Shown piece by piece: positions 41,890 through 55,869 of a DNA stretch of 64,000 bases (position 1 is the stretch's first letter; each line of letters begins with the position of its first letter). The stretch is taken from positions 52,204,001 to 52,268,000 of the forward strand of contig NC_043003.1 of assembly GCF_006345805.1 (NCBI RefSeq), in the 5' to 3' direction. The translations under genes and the position numbers were made by a program. The notes under the pieces are model-generated. The model did no database searches. It saw nothing but the letters and a program-made list of their open reading frames with translations, and was not told the origin of the DNA. Source of the DNA: Octopus sinensis (lineage: Eukaryota).

Positions 41890-43300
41890 TGGTCTTCTCT
41901 TAGAACAGAGTCTCACTATTTGCTGCATCACTTCTGTGTCTTCCCAGTCTCCTTCAACATCATTTTAACACTGATCCAACTGTCATCATCCATGCACGTC
42001 ACATATGTATGTACTAGCAGAGTCTTGTCTTTTGCACATTACATTTAATTTTTCCTATGTCCAGTTTTTCTCTTATTTCATATGTGCTCAGTCATTTAAG
42101 CACACACATGCCAATGAAATAAACAGGTTTCATTAATTTTGTACAGACATCATCCACATTCATGTCTATATTTTCGTACCAACACCACTCTTTGTAAGCA
42201 AGCATTATATACCATCTCCCCTTCACTAAGACAATCCTTTTGTTACCAGCAGAGTTAGCTTCCTGAACCTTTTTCACCCCATTCCTACTTTGGCTACTAA
42301 ACAACTATTGCAACTGTTAATTAGGTCACCTAAGAAACAAAAACTTAATTCCAATGAAACTTCCTATCAACTCCTTTTCCATGTATCAAATACGACCACT
42401 TCCCAGATAGCAGTAAAGTCAAAACTTCTTTCCTGCTACCAACAACATTTGTCTTTCAATTCTAAGCTTTGTACATTTAGAATTTCTTCAACAAATTCAG
42501 CTATGCAAACAAAGTCGTTAATATAAAAGATTTTCCATGAACAGCTAGTTTTAAACTCCTGCTTTGTCCTCAAGAACAAGAATAAATAGGAGGAAGTTAA
42601 GAACTGAGTCATGATAGACACCTACCTGCTAACACACTACTGATAGTATTTTAGTACATAGCTTGCAAGACTCTCACAAGATGATTAATCTATGCCTAGT
42701 TTTTATAATGATCACCAGACCAGAGTGTGGTACTCTGGGACTTCTCAAGATTAACAAATGTTAGAAAAAGTGGCTTACTTTTGAGTAGTCGTCTCTCTAG
42801 AAAAAGAGCTTCAATGGCAACTTAACCTATCACAAATCCAAACATCTCATCTAAACCGAGTTTCTTCCTCATCAGTGGTGTTATAACTTTCTGGAACTTT
42901 TGTAACCTAAATTATACAAGAGCTCCCGCCTTTTCCTCTGTGGCAGTTAATGATACTGTTGCACCAATCATTGGAGAGGACACTTCCCAGTGGTACCTGA
43001 TTATGCAAGTACCCGTCCTACTTCGCAAGATATTTTCAGTATCTTAACTGCTGCATCTGGACTAACTGGTCCAGATACTTGCTCTTACCTTTATCTCCTT
43101 AAGCCTGGTTTCAACAGTATGGCTGTTAGCATCAATAACTATAAGCAAACCCAATTTGGGATCCACTAAAAGTAGATTTTCCCTCCACTATGCATTCACT
43201 TCACAGCATTTCAGGCATCAGCAAGGTCAAATGTGTTTTCAGTTTCCTCAATGACATCTTAGTCTGAACAAACACATTACTTTGCAATCAGAAATACCTC
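41890..43300 (-). mobile_element. Highly degenerate RTE LINE remnant
   Basis: Remnants such as GPVSPDAAVKILK, YKSSRK and RLLKSKP resemble the RTE ORF2 region upstream of the RT core. Confidence 0.5.
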
Positions 43301-43878
43301 ACATTGCTGAACATTGGCAAACCTCTTACTTTCAGCTACTCTCCTTGCTATGTTTTTTTATTTAAGCTATTTCTGTACTTTTTTGTATTTTTTGTACTTC
43401 CATTGTTTTTTTTTTGTTTTTTTTTATTTTTATACTTCAACTCTTTTCAGATACATCTCTTCTATTTTATGGCTCTACAAACTGTAACCATCTATCATTG
43501 TGACCAAAACATTGCTCCACTCACCTCTGGCCCGTGGTCTACAGCATATTTGCTCATTCATCCCCTCTGTTATAAATCCATCTCAAATAAGTATCAACTT
43601 GAAATTCTTTGAATCTATACTCATCCAAGGGATCTCAACCTCCATACATTCCTTCTTTTGTTTTTTTTGTATCTGGTGGTAATCTTGATATGAACACACT
43701 CATTGGTGTATCTTTTCCAAAACGGAACAAGATATGAATAGGCATCCAACCACCACCAAGATATGACTACAAGCTGACCTACTGAGCTTCTACATCTAAT
43801 ATTACACACAAACATATCAATATAACGACTAAGAATACAAATTCTTCTGAATGTCTAAATGTTGAAAATTTTTGTAAA

Positions 43879-44684
43879 CTAGTTTGAAAAAGGAGTAGAA
43901 ACAGAGCAGAAACATCAATAGGCTTTGACCATAAAGGTACTAATTTTTTACTAGACTACCTATGACCCATTGGATCAACAACAGTTCAAAGTACCTGAAA
44001 AAAAAATGCACATCTTGGGAACCTGTAGCCCAATTCATGCAAAACTTGTTTTATTCTGTTTGTATTCACATTTCAATGGTACCTTACTTTCAAAGCATTT
44101 CCCCATTATGCACCAGTTTATAAAAGTACCCCCCACACACACACACACATCTCAGGAACCTGTGGTCCAATTTATGTGAAACTTATTCTGTTTGTATTCA
44201 CATTTCAATGGTACCTTACTTTTAAAGTATTTTCTCCATTATGTGCCAGTTTGGCTGTATTAAATTAGACAAGCAAGCAGACAGGCAATCATAAAGGTAC
44301 CTGAAAAAACTGTATCTTGGAAACCCATGGTCCGATTTACATGAAACTTGTCTTATTCTGTTTGTATTCCCATTTCAGGGGCACTTTACTTCAGAGTATT
44401 TTCCCATTATGCATCGGTTTGGCTGTATTAAATTACAGACAAGCATGCATGCAAGCAAACACGCAAACAAAACTATCCGGGTGTTCATAGTAAAAGACAA
44501 TAACTCCAGGTTTCACTGCTTAAATTTGTGGAATCTGTGGTCCAATTTATGCAAAACTTGTTTTATTCTATTTGTATTTTCATTTCAGGGGTACCTTACT
44601 TTCAGAGTACTAACTCATTATGTGCTGATTTGGCTGTATTAAATTACAGACAAGCATGCAATCAGAATTTTATTATTATATAGA
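43879..44684 (-). mobile_element. Non-autonomous Helitron with internal tandem units
   Basis: Minus strand A|TCTATATAATAATAAAA ... CTAG|T termini; about four diverged copies of 'cttgttttattctgtttgtattcacatttcaatggtaccttactt'. Confidence 0.75.
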
Positions 44685-45564
44685 TTGATTATTAGAAATT
44701 TTCTAAGAAGTTGAAACTAAATTTCCAATAAATAAAATAATAAAAGGAATAGCCCTCTCTCTATATATATACTTCTGATTTATAAGCCAACAATGGAGCT
44801 TCTCCACACAGTAGCATGACCTACCTGATGTATCATTTTAATATCCCTCAAAACACACCTATACCTTATAAAATGATATGTACACTACTAAAAGATCATA
44901 AGAACACCCATGATCACATTAGTATCAGATGAACTAAACAAAAACACTTGCTATTCCTTTAGCATTCACATTGTTTTGAATTAATCATACATTGTCTTAT
45001 AGCATCAAGATTTTAATGATGTAGCTATTTATTTTTACAAGAGTGCAGGGTAGGTGTGAGGGACCAGATCCAGCTGGTTTGAACATACAACAGATAATAT
45101 TTCAAGCTGGTTTTGACTGGCTTAAATGCTAAAGGGTTAATAGTTAAAGAAATTGGATGGGTAAGGTGGGTACCTAACTGTCAAGGCAATATCAAAAGGA
45201 GAAATGTGCAAAAATCCCCATCTTCCATACTTGCAAAGAAAGAAATATTATTTATGTAGATAATAGAATTTTAAAATATACAAAGTTTCCATAATATACT
45301 TAAATCTACATATAATTTTCATTATTTTTAAATAACTAGATTGTTGGTCCATGTGTTTCCCAGATTTTAGAATGGGCACAAAGTATTCCTAAAATTGCAA
45401 GAGCTGAATAAGAGGGTGACAGAAAAGTTTAAAAAAGCTCATACAACCACTGCATCGTAGAAATGAAAGCAATTTTTAGCTAATGCATATAAATTTGTAC
45501 TAGTTTACCTAAATGCCTGAGCATACACATCAATATATACATTATTGTATATACACATCAAAAC

Positions 45565-45788
45565 ACAAAGCTGGCCAAAAGTCACCCGACAGTAATCAAA
45601 ATTCCATAGATACTTCATATTCAATTTTATTTATTCATTCCAATTATAACTGCTTAATAATTGAATGCAGTGAGTTAAAATCACCGTTTTTTTTTTCAAC
45701 ATTTGTCTATTCATTAGCAAAGTCTCATAAAATAATTTTTTCCTTTAATCTTGGAATTAGTCTTAATTTATTAGGTGACTTTTGGCCA

Positions 45789-45793
<5 letters not shown>
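45565..45793. mobile_element. Tc1/mariner-type MITE
   Basis: 15-bp perfect inverted repeat TGGCCAAAAGTCACC (45572-45586 and 45774-45788), next to (TA)n. Confidence 0.75.
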
Positions 45794-45852
<59 letters not shown>

Positions 45853-46299
45853 AAAAATGTTAATATTTAGAGTCCAAACTAGGGGATTTAACAAACACTA
45901 ACATCTAGTAAATATGAACAAAATACCATAAGGTATAGAGAAATGATACAGGATGTGAACAGCCATATGTTGAAGACACTACTGTATGTGAACAATATTG
46001 TTATAAATCTGAGGATGTAACTATACAAACTATGGTATTTCTGTACAGAAGTATAGTCAAGGTAAGATAATAAATAAACAGTGTTTTGACTATGTAGACA
46101 CCCAAAACTGAATGAGTACACATACACACACCAGAAACTCAAATGATCCAACCTGATCTTTACACAGTCATTCAACTTAATAGAAGTAGCAATCAAATCT
46201 TCAAACTACACCACCAAGTCTTAAGGAAGAACAAACTTATGAAGAAAAAAAAAAGAGAATGGGAGCTAAACAGCTAATCTGTTTGTGAGAAAGATATCT

Positions 46300-49200
46300 A
46301 AATAACCATCTTATGGGTTTTCATACATTTACCAAACCACACAACCATTCTAGTAGAACTACCCGATGATTCTACTTACTTAACCCGTTTTAATATGAAG
46401 AAATAAAGCAAAGAAAAAATACATGGACCGATTACTTTTCCTTTCATTTGCACACACGCACATAAACGTTAGTCTGGTTGTCATAACAAGTACCGTTAAC
46501 ACCACACAAACTATATAATTCATGATCTGTAATAAGTAAATGCGACTTGTTTCATCAACATACTGGAATGAAAAAAAAGAACAAAGAATCTCAGAAAGCA
46601 AGATCAGTTCTCCAGTTACAATGATAAAATAATAATACGAAACTGGTTCTGTCTGACCCACTGTCTTCACTGATAATGTATAAAATTAATCTACATTAAT
46701 AATAGATCAGATCTGAATATTTTGTTTTATGATTAAATTTTTTTTTTTTAATAGTTAAAATATATTTCCTTCAAGCTATTAAATGGACAAGTAACAATTC
46801 AATTACTGATCATGACAAAAAATGGCGAGTCAGTGGATTGAAACGAACTTCAAGGTTGAAGAAATAGCAGACGATAAAATTGAATTCTATGAGAAACGAT
46901 TGATATTTTTCTGGAAACCGGATGCCGAAATGCTAGGCAACACACGAGTGAACTAAAGGAGATTTAGCTATTTCTAGCAAGTCGAGCGACCACATAAAGG
47001 TTCTCACTTTGGTTTCCTACAATAACTTGAACCTTATGCTGTGGATTACTTCGAGAGTTTTATCCTGTAATGTTGATAGCAATTGTTACTTAATAAAGAT
47101 GTCGACGTGGCTAATTAAGTCATCCGTAATCAGCTCGAAACGTAACAGAATAGTAGTTACTTAAAAAAATTACGATACTATCATCATCATTTAACGTCCG
47201 TTTTCCGTGCTAGCACGGGTTAAGAATATCATTGGAACTGTTATATATCCGAGACTGGAGTGAGTTAAAAAATTGCTAGAGTTGGAAACATCGTAAAACG
47301 ATGCCGAATTTTCGTGACCAGACTTGTCAACCTCCCGCTACTATTTTTCTAACACTATTAAGTACACCTGTTGCCATTCGCTAATGTTACATGTGGGATA
47401 TATAACTACCAATAAATAAGTAATCTTTGCGATGTAATAAAGTACAACTAAATAATCCCAAGCATAGCAGAGAAAACAGATTTAAGTTTGTTGCTTGCCA
47501 CTCTATATCATCTGAGAGAAAATTTACTTCCGTCTCTCAACCAACACTTTCTAGAATCTTCAACCGGTATTTTTACCGGCAACAAGTAGACACGTTAATG
47601 AAGAGAATGAGATAAATGTTTGGCATCATCGCCACACGGTGAGCTATCAATTTTGTGACGAGATAGAGATTGTGCGACTGCTAATCTGATGACAACAAAG
47701 GTTTTTAGGCAGAGGTAAAGAATACGTAGACCATTGAGGTAATTGCTCCCAGACTTTGAGGAACAAACAAGGCACAATGCCAAACTGAGAGGCAAATATA
47801 CAATAGTACGAATCTAGTTCATGACACTATTACTACAATGTCTACAGAAGCGTAAAAAAATTACTAGAATGGAGGGTAAAGATAATTAACCACTCATATA
47901 TATATATAAAAATTTATTGCTTAGAGGAAAAGCAACATCCGTAACTGGTGGCAGAAAGTTTTTAAACTGGGGACCAAGTCTACTACCCCAAAATAGAAAC
48001 GGCCTCTCCGTCGGTCTTTCCATAGTTTCAGCCTACTAAATTTCAGTAAAGTGTCTTTTGTCGGCCAGAGGCTATAGAAGAAGAGACTCGTCCCAGGTGC
48101 AGCACAACGGGATCGCACATGAAATCACGTAGCACCTGGATTCCTTCAAAAAGCATTCGACGTTTTAAAAAAATAGAACTCATTGGAAAATGTAGTCCTG
48201 CCTTTGCTCACAGACTTGCTGGTTAATACTTATTTTACTACCATCCCCAAAACAATACTTCATTAATGAACGACACCACAGAAACAGAATATTTGGTGAC
48301 TCGACGCATGTAACTCGGTGATCCATGCAACAACACTAAGTTATCCGCAAATATTGATGGTAAACGGAGACGGTTATATATGTAGTTTCGAGAATGGAAA
48401 AATATTCAATCATGTTTTTTATGATAGCAAAATAGGAGTGAATCTGTCCAATTTGAGCTGGATGGAGCGCTAAACAGTTGCTAAATATACTTTCTATTGA
48501 TTTAAAACTCAACAAAATGTAACAGATTTTTTTTTTATTTCGACGCCTGTAAGAAAACATAATAAACAGCAAAACCTTAAGGATCAAAACCGAAAATTGG
48601 TTGTTCTTAGAAAAGTAACGCTTTTCAAATGAAAGTGAAATACGACAAGCGGAAATAAGTGATAGTGTATGAATGACTACTTGTGAGAAAGGTAGTTACT
48701 TTGATGTTTTAGATGCAAACTTTCTTCAAAGAAATTAAAATAAACCAATGTGTGTCAGATCCTCTTCAAATATATTTCTTTTGGCATAAACTCATTTTAA
48801 AACGATTTGTGGCCAATAGAAATTATAATATTCACGTCAGTAATTCATCCCATTCTCTTTTTACTCAAAGGTTTTTAGGCAGAGGTAAAGAATACGTAGA
48901 CCATCCTTTTTCAGCGTAACCCTAACCCTAAACACTGGGTGTGCGTATTCTTTACCTTCCCTAGTTTCTGTTTGAAATTACTAACAAGTCCGTTCCGCTG
49001 TTAGGTTAATTTCTGGTAAAATAGATGATTTTATACGCACGCACACACAAATATACATAAAGGCATGTTAGTGAATGTAACGACAGGCATTTATATAGAA
49101 AATGACTAATATTCAGAATAAGCCGAAGAGAAAGGAATCGATCAGATATATATACACGCGAGCACGGAAACACTGAAGATGAGGAAAACTTAGGCATGAA

Positions 49201-49300
49201 ACGGAGACTGTGTGGTAGCTTGAGTTGTTAGAAATAGAAGTCAAATTTCCATCTCCCGTTTTAAATAAAACCAATAAAATGTTGCCTAAGATGCGCTATG
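46300..49300. promoter_or_regulatory. CpG-retaining region, probable VCP promoter / 5' end
   Basis: Visibly CpG-rich compared with the CpG-depleted gene body. Contains an ETS-like GCGGAAAT (~48649) and TAACCCTAACCCTAA (48917-48931). Confidence 0.4.
46380..46447 (-). CDS. Tentative VCP start-codon exon (MKGKVIGPCIFSLLYFFILKRV|N)
   Basis: Perfect AA|GTAAGT donor in phase 2, matching exon 2. It lies at the edge of the CpG-rich zone, and the first in-frame ATG is at 46447. The peptide does not resemble typical p97 N-termini. Confidence 0.25.
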
Positions 49301-52300
49301 TCCGAACAAAATAAGATGTGACCACAAATGAGACGTCTTTGACCATAGGTCTGCTCTTCCAGTCCTACTAATCTGGGTCTAAAACTGAAAATATGTAATG
49401 TATCGTATGCAGCCTGATTTACAAGCAAACATATAAGCATTTGCTATAATCCCATACATTTTTCCATAAACAAATAAAATGTAGATTTTCGTACAATCAT
49501 TTTGAAACTTGATAAAACGGAACAATTTTCAGAAGTGGAAAATTATTCAGCACGAGTCATTGGGAAAATAGCATTCACTAAAATTATATACTTTCATTAG
49601 TTTCGTTCATGAGGATTAGGAGGATAGAATCTTATCTGGTCGACACCAGAACCTATACATTTACTAGAGCCTTCATAGATCGAGCGGGAAGAAATAGCAG
49701 CCAAATCTCCCTCAAATTATATCCTACTATAACCGAAAGAGAGGAAAATATTGGATAATGTAGTCCTAAACACACAATGTCCAACAGCTAGAATGTCAGC
49801 TCTACCAGGACTGATCCCGAGACTAAACTATACTTCTACCACTATGTAACCTTGGTAAATTTTATAGACATTTTCGTTTACAGGTAGGTTGAGATTGTAA
49901 TCACATAGTATCTCGAAGTGTTCAGACAAAAGAAAAATAGATATCCTACGATTACCCAGCGATAAGTCCATTTTATTTTACTCGGATCAAACTTTAAAAC
50001 CTCAATACACACAGTCTTTATGGGAATCAATTTTCTGTGCCTGTGTTACTGAAGTGAAGGGTTGGCTCTTTGTTAAATGCCTTTCTTTTTCTTCCTATGA
50101 CGAAATTTAGTCTTAGTCATCCTGATTAGAGCAAGCAGAGTTATGTACCTTGTTCAAAACACGTTCTTCATTACGATCATGTGGTCAGCAGCTCAACAAC
50201 TTAACGATGATACGTATACATAAACACAGAAGTTATTACTTCTTATATGAAACAGGGTATGATTACATTATTAGTGACAAAAAACAGTAAAATACTTTGT
50301 AACAAAAACGGTATATTTATAAGAGACATCTAAGGGAGTGGTATCGTCTGAGATTAGGACGCCAGACTGGACCCCAGTTCTTGGTTCAAATTTTGCCAAA
50401 GCCAAGATCGATTGAAAAAGTATCAAAAAGATATTGAAATCGATCCCTTCGCTAACAACCGTATCTTATAAGCGAAGGATTCCTGTCTGATTACTCACAT
50501 CTGAATCCACACTCAAGACACATCTCCAGTTAAATAATGTAACTCAAGATACATTAATTATGAGAATCCCTGTGGTCACTCAACTACCACAAATAGCCAA
50601 GTCTCGAAAATTACGTCCTGCTGTCATAAAAGTACATTGGTTTATGTAAGTTCTAGATGCAGTAAAAAAAAAAAAAACGGACGGGATGGTCACGATTGGA
50701 ATACCTTAGGTAATAAGAACTTTTAATCAGGTTTGACCTGTGGCTGAATAAAAACAGTTGACTTTTATCACATCAAACCTAACAAGTAGCATGTACAATA
50801 CACATCCACCCAGTCATATCTGTGTAACAATTGTAGCTCGAAGATAATTATATAATCAATCTACCAACTTTTTTTTTTTATTTTGGTAGTTTTTATTTCT
50901 TGCCGATCATCAAGTCATTGGTTCCTTATGGTGGCTACAAGTTAATATTTACTAGAGAAAATTCATGCCTACTTCTCAAGGGTATAAACCAAGTTATTGA
51001 AATTGGATTCATTCGCTGCTCTTCTATAATTTTTAAACTGAAGCCACCACCACCCCCCATCCCTCCACCTCACCCCTTATCTGTATCGTTTCATTCTTTG
51101 TTCGATTTCTGTCAACATTCGTTTGTGTTGACTGACACGTTAAATAGATATTTTTCACTTGCGTTTAACAGGATTTTCTTTGTACATTTATCATTTCAGA
51201 CTAATGTCGCAGCTCTTAAGACATCGTTAAAATATTAAACACTTCGTAGTATTGTTTCAGATCATATATATACCGGAATGTGTTGCGTCCAACAGATATA
51301 TATGGCTATCATAACACACACACAAATATATACAGACGTACATATATACACACATACTCACGAGAGCCGCTACGCGATAGCTCGAATTGCTCAAAATAGA
51401 AGCCAAATCACAGCTGTCTTGAGAAAAGGAAGTTCACAAAGATAATATAGTCTAGGGTACACTTGTGTCTAAACAATATATATAAAAATACAGTATATTT
51501 TGAGCAGTGAACAAGGAAATTTTGAGCAGACCAATGACCGAAGATGTTCAAGACCTGACCATTCAATCCTGCCCTCCACCACGCCATCCCAGACAAAGTA
51601 TCTAGAACTACATTACTCAATGTTTTATTTGTTTATTTTTTAAGGCAGAACGTGCGATTTGAGTGATATTTTGACTCCTATTTCTAGTGAGAGTGAAACG
51701 GAATAGAACAGAAGACTAGGAAATTTTTTTTTAAAAAAAGCGGATGTCGAAAAATTTGGACAGACCCCTTTTCAGTGAATCAAACTGCGTTTGATAGAGT
51801 GGTTAACTTGCATTTTATAACAAACGATTTCAACAGAATGCAAAAGAAAAAGGAAGCGTATGAAGCATTTACCGATTATAAATAGAAATATAAAAAGAAC
51901 GAAAGACAATAATATACATATGTCGAAATAATTGTTTTTAAAAGCGGGGGGTATCTATAATTTTACTTCTTTGTTCTCCACTCAAGACAATCTAAAAATT
52001 TTGCTTTCGTTCCAAGTCATATGTAGTACTTATTTTTCCGGTATGTTCTTTTAACTATTCCTACTGCCCCCTTTGTTTTCCACCATGTTTGTCGTTAGCG
52101 TTTTCTATGTCTGTGCTGTATTGTGTTATTTGTTGGTTAGCCTTTTAAACTTCATATCTTACCTTCCTTTGTCGCCCATCCTGATCAGATATCTTACTAT
52201 TCTGGTGTGACGGCAAAGTGCTGAGTGCTTAATCCAAGATGGCAGATCTCGTTTTATCTCGTCTGATATCACCGACGATGACTTAGCAGAAAAAAAATAA

Positions 52301-52379
52301 AGCTACGAAATATAAACATTTTTTTTTTCCCCGAAAATTTGATGAAACACATTTAATAGAAATAAATACACTAATAAAT

Positions 52380-52666
52380 TCGAGAAAAATAATTATATAT
52401 ATATGTATGCACATACATACAAATAAATACTTAAAATACAAATATGCGTGTGTGTATGTGCGTGTAGGTGCATATGATGCGCATGTTAGTCGTGGGCAAA
52501 TGCATGTGTGAATGTGTGAACATACATTATATACATTTAAATACATATACACAGTACAAAATACGCGTGTATGATGGGTTGTGTATATAATGAAATAGGA
52601 ATTTATATATTATATATCTACACACAGACACATACAAATATATATGTATACATATACATACGTATA

Positions 52667-52700
<34 letters not shown>

Positions 52701-52830
52701 GTGTGGATAATATATATCTATATGTATAATATACATGTATACATACGTATAATGTATATATGTATGTATGTATATATGTATGTATATATATATATGTATG
52801 TATATATATATGTATATATATATATGTATG

Positions 52831-52866
<36 letters not shown>

Positions 52867-53035
52867 TGTATGTATATATATATATGTATATGTATGTGTA
52901 TATTTGTATATATATATATATGTGTATATATATACATATATGTATGTATATATATATATGTATATATATATATATGTATATATATATATGTATGTATATA
53001 TATATATGTATGTATATATGTATATGTGTGTATGT

Positions 53036-53099
<64 letters not shown>

Positions 53100-53300
53100 T
53101 CATATATATGTATATATATATATACATATTCATATATATAAATACATATTCATATATATACATACATGTGTGTATGTGTATATATACATACATATATATA
53201 TATACATATTCATATATATGTATATATATATATATACATATTCATATATATATGTTCATATATATATATACATATTCCTATATATATATATATATATACA
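52380..53300. repeat. Large compound (TA)n/(TATG)n/(TATTCA) microsatellite
   Basis: Direct inspection; it explains the Y/I/M/C/V-rich pseudo-ORFs in the ORF track. Confidence 0.95.
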
Positions 53301-53302
53301 TG

Positions 53303-53640
53303 TAGGATGTAGGACAAGATACTGTGATAGCCTGGGCTTCCGAGGCCCACAGCTCTTCAATATCCTCCCGAAGAATCTAAGAGACCTGCATGGGGTGGAT
53401 GCAGATGTCTTTAAAGTGAAACTGGATCTCTTCTTGTCAGGTATCGCAGATGAACCAACTTCACGGCAGGAGGTGCAGATGAGGGCAGCTGCATCGAACT
53501 CTCTCGTGCACCAAATGGCAGTTGCTAAAAAGCATTCGTGAAGTAAAACCATGTAGCAACACCAAATGGCGGTGCCCCAGCATGGCCGCAGCTCGTTTGC
53601 TGAAACTAGAATCAATCAATCAATGAAACTAGAATCAATC
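53303..53640 (+). mobile_element. CR1-like LINE 3' fragment
   Basis: [16 protein letters not shown]...[16 protein letters not shown] is a CR1-type ORF2 C-terminus, followed by a tail with (AATC) repeats. Confidence 0.85.
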
Positions 53641-53681
53641 ATACATATTCATATATATATATACATATATATATATAATAA

Positions 53682-53714
<33 letters not shown>

Positions 53715-53746
53715 TATTATACATATTCATATATATATATATATAT

Positions 53747-55345
53747 CATCATCATCTAACGTCCGCTTTCCATGCTAGCTAGGGTTGGTGGACGGTTCAA
53801 CTGGGGTCTGGGAAGCCAGAAGGCTGCACCAGGCCCAGTCTGATTTGGCAATGTTTCTACGGCTAGATGCCCTTCCTAATGCCAACTACTCTGTGAGTGT
53901 AGTGGGTGCTTTTTACACGCCACTGGCACAGGTGCCAGACGAGGCTGGCACACGGCCACAATCGGATGGTGTTTTTTATGTGCCACCGGCGCTGGTATCA
54001 CAGCTACAATTTCCATTGATGTTGATCGATTTCGATTTTGATTCTGATTCTCACTTGTCTCAACAGGTCCTCACAAGTAGAGTTTTGTGTCTCAAGAAGG
54101 AAAGGTATGCATAAGTGGGCTGGCTACATCCCAGGTAGAGGTCACGGGTTATGGTCTCACTTGTCCTACCAGGTCTTCTCACACACAGCATACTTCCATT
54201 ATTCTCGGTCTCTAGTCATTGCCTCGGTGAGACCCAAAGTTTGAAGGTCGTGCTTCACCACTTCATCCCAGGTTTTCCTGTGTCTACCTCTTCCACAACC
54301 GCTAGGGTGTGCCTCTTTTCACACAACTATCTTCATCCATTCTTGCACACCACAAATGATGCTTCTTAGGTCCAACTTTTCTCTCAAGGTACTTACACTC
54401 TGTCGAGTATGAACACTGACATTACACATCCATCGGAGCATATTGCTTCATTTCTTGCGAGCTTATGCATATCCTCAGCAGTCACAGCCCATGTTTCACT
54501 ACCATGTAGCATGGCTGTTTGTACACATGCGTCATACAGTCTGCTTTTTACTCTGAGCGAGAGGCCTTTTGTCACCAGCAGAGGTAAGAGCTCTCTGAAC
54601 TTTGCCCAGGCTATTCTTACTCTAGCAGTTACACTTTCAGCACACCCACCCCCGCTACTGACTTGGTCACCTAGGTAACGGAAGCTATCAATTATTTCTA
54701 GTTTTTCTCCCTGGAATGTGGCGGAAGTTGGTGTCTGCACATTTTCAGTGTTTATTGCTCCTGAGCATCTGCCACATACAAAAACTATTTTCCTAGTTAG
54801 CCTTCCTTTGACATTGCTACACCTCTTATGTATCCATAGCTTATACTTGGTGCATCTTATAGAGTTTCTACCTATGCCTTTTCTATAGATCGAGCAGGGC
54901 CATCTACCTGAAGGCGTTTGTGATTTGTTTACCTTCCTACTTATTAGGACTTTGGTTTTAGCTAGGTTGACTCTAAGGCCCTTCGATTCTAATCCTTTCT
55001 TCCACACCTGAAACTTCTCCTCCAGTTCTGATAGTGACTCAGCAATTAGAGCAAGGTCATCAGCATAGAGGAGCTCCCAGAGGCATCCTGTCTTGAATTC
55101 CTCCATTATTGCTTGGAGGACTATGATAAATAGGAGGGGGCTGAGGACTGAACCTTGGTGGACCCCTACCTCTACCCGGAATTCTTCACTGTACTCGTTG
55201 CCAACCCTCACCTTACTAGCAGCGTCCCTGTACATGGCTCGCACAGCTCTCACTAACCATTCATCTATCCCTAGTTTCCTCATTGACCACCAGATAAGGG
55301 ATCGGGGGACCCTGTTGAAGGCTTTCTCCATGTCAACAAAAGCCA
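53747..55345 (-). mobile_element. 5'-truncated RTE LINE (RT C-terminal half plus 3' UTR)
   Basis: 312-aa ORF with EKAFNRVPR, VHQGSVLSPLLF, LLYADDL, FRYLGD and LHGSETW; (GAT)n tail. Confidence 0.95.
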
Positions 55346-55542
55346 GGTACAGGGGCTTATATATTCCGTTAAAATATCTTATATACGATTTTTATTTCTT
55401 CATTTCCCTGAAGAGAAGATTACATTGTTTTACACCATTTTATTCCTTAGGAATTATACCAATGATATCTTCGAAACGTGTTTCAGAAGTAAAAGAATTT
55501 GAATAACACCTGCATTTAACATCATTTATTTATTCATACATA

Positions 55543-55586
<44 letters not shown>

Positions 55587-55726
55587 AGATAATGGCATCA
55601 TTGAGACCCAAAGGTGTTAGGTAATGCTGAATAAGTGCTATAGGCAGACCATAGTTAAGTTCCAGATTCGGTAATATTGCGAATAAAGGGTTCAAAGTTG
55701 GTTTTATGTCATAGACACACAAAAAA

Positions 55727-55760
<34 letters not shown>

Positions 55761-55869
55761 TAGATAGATAGATATAGATATACAATCAGATAATTAGATA
55801 GAGACAGATGTATGTGTATCTATCTATTACTATATGTTAGTGTATTTATATATATATAGATACATATCC

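Noticed and set aside
43085-43130. AAG|GTAAGA donor as VCP exon 1
   Set aside because: It lies within an RTE remnant, and the phase-2 frame has a stop and no ATG.
40340-46170. Tiny phase-2 start exons (ATGTCTAA|GTATAC ~40355, ATGCAGTGGTT|GTATGA ~45455, ATGACTGT|GTAAAG ~46170)
   Set aside because: Weak donors and poor start context inside the CpG-depleted intron; such matches are expected by chance.
48917-48931. Telomere or chromosome end
   Set aside because: Only about 2.5 TTAGGG units, embedded in ordinary sequence.
52527-53305. Long ORFs of 136-257 aa rich in Y/I/M/C/V (similar ones at 14-340, 3415-3923, 56465-56761, 59095-59366, 61250-62395)
   Set aside because: They are translations of stop-free (TA)/(TG) microsatellites, not genes.
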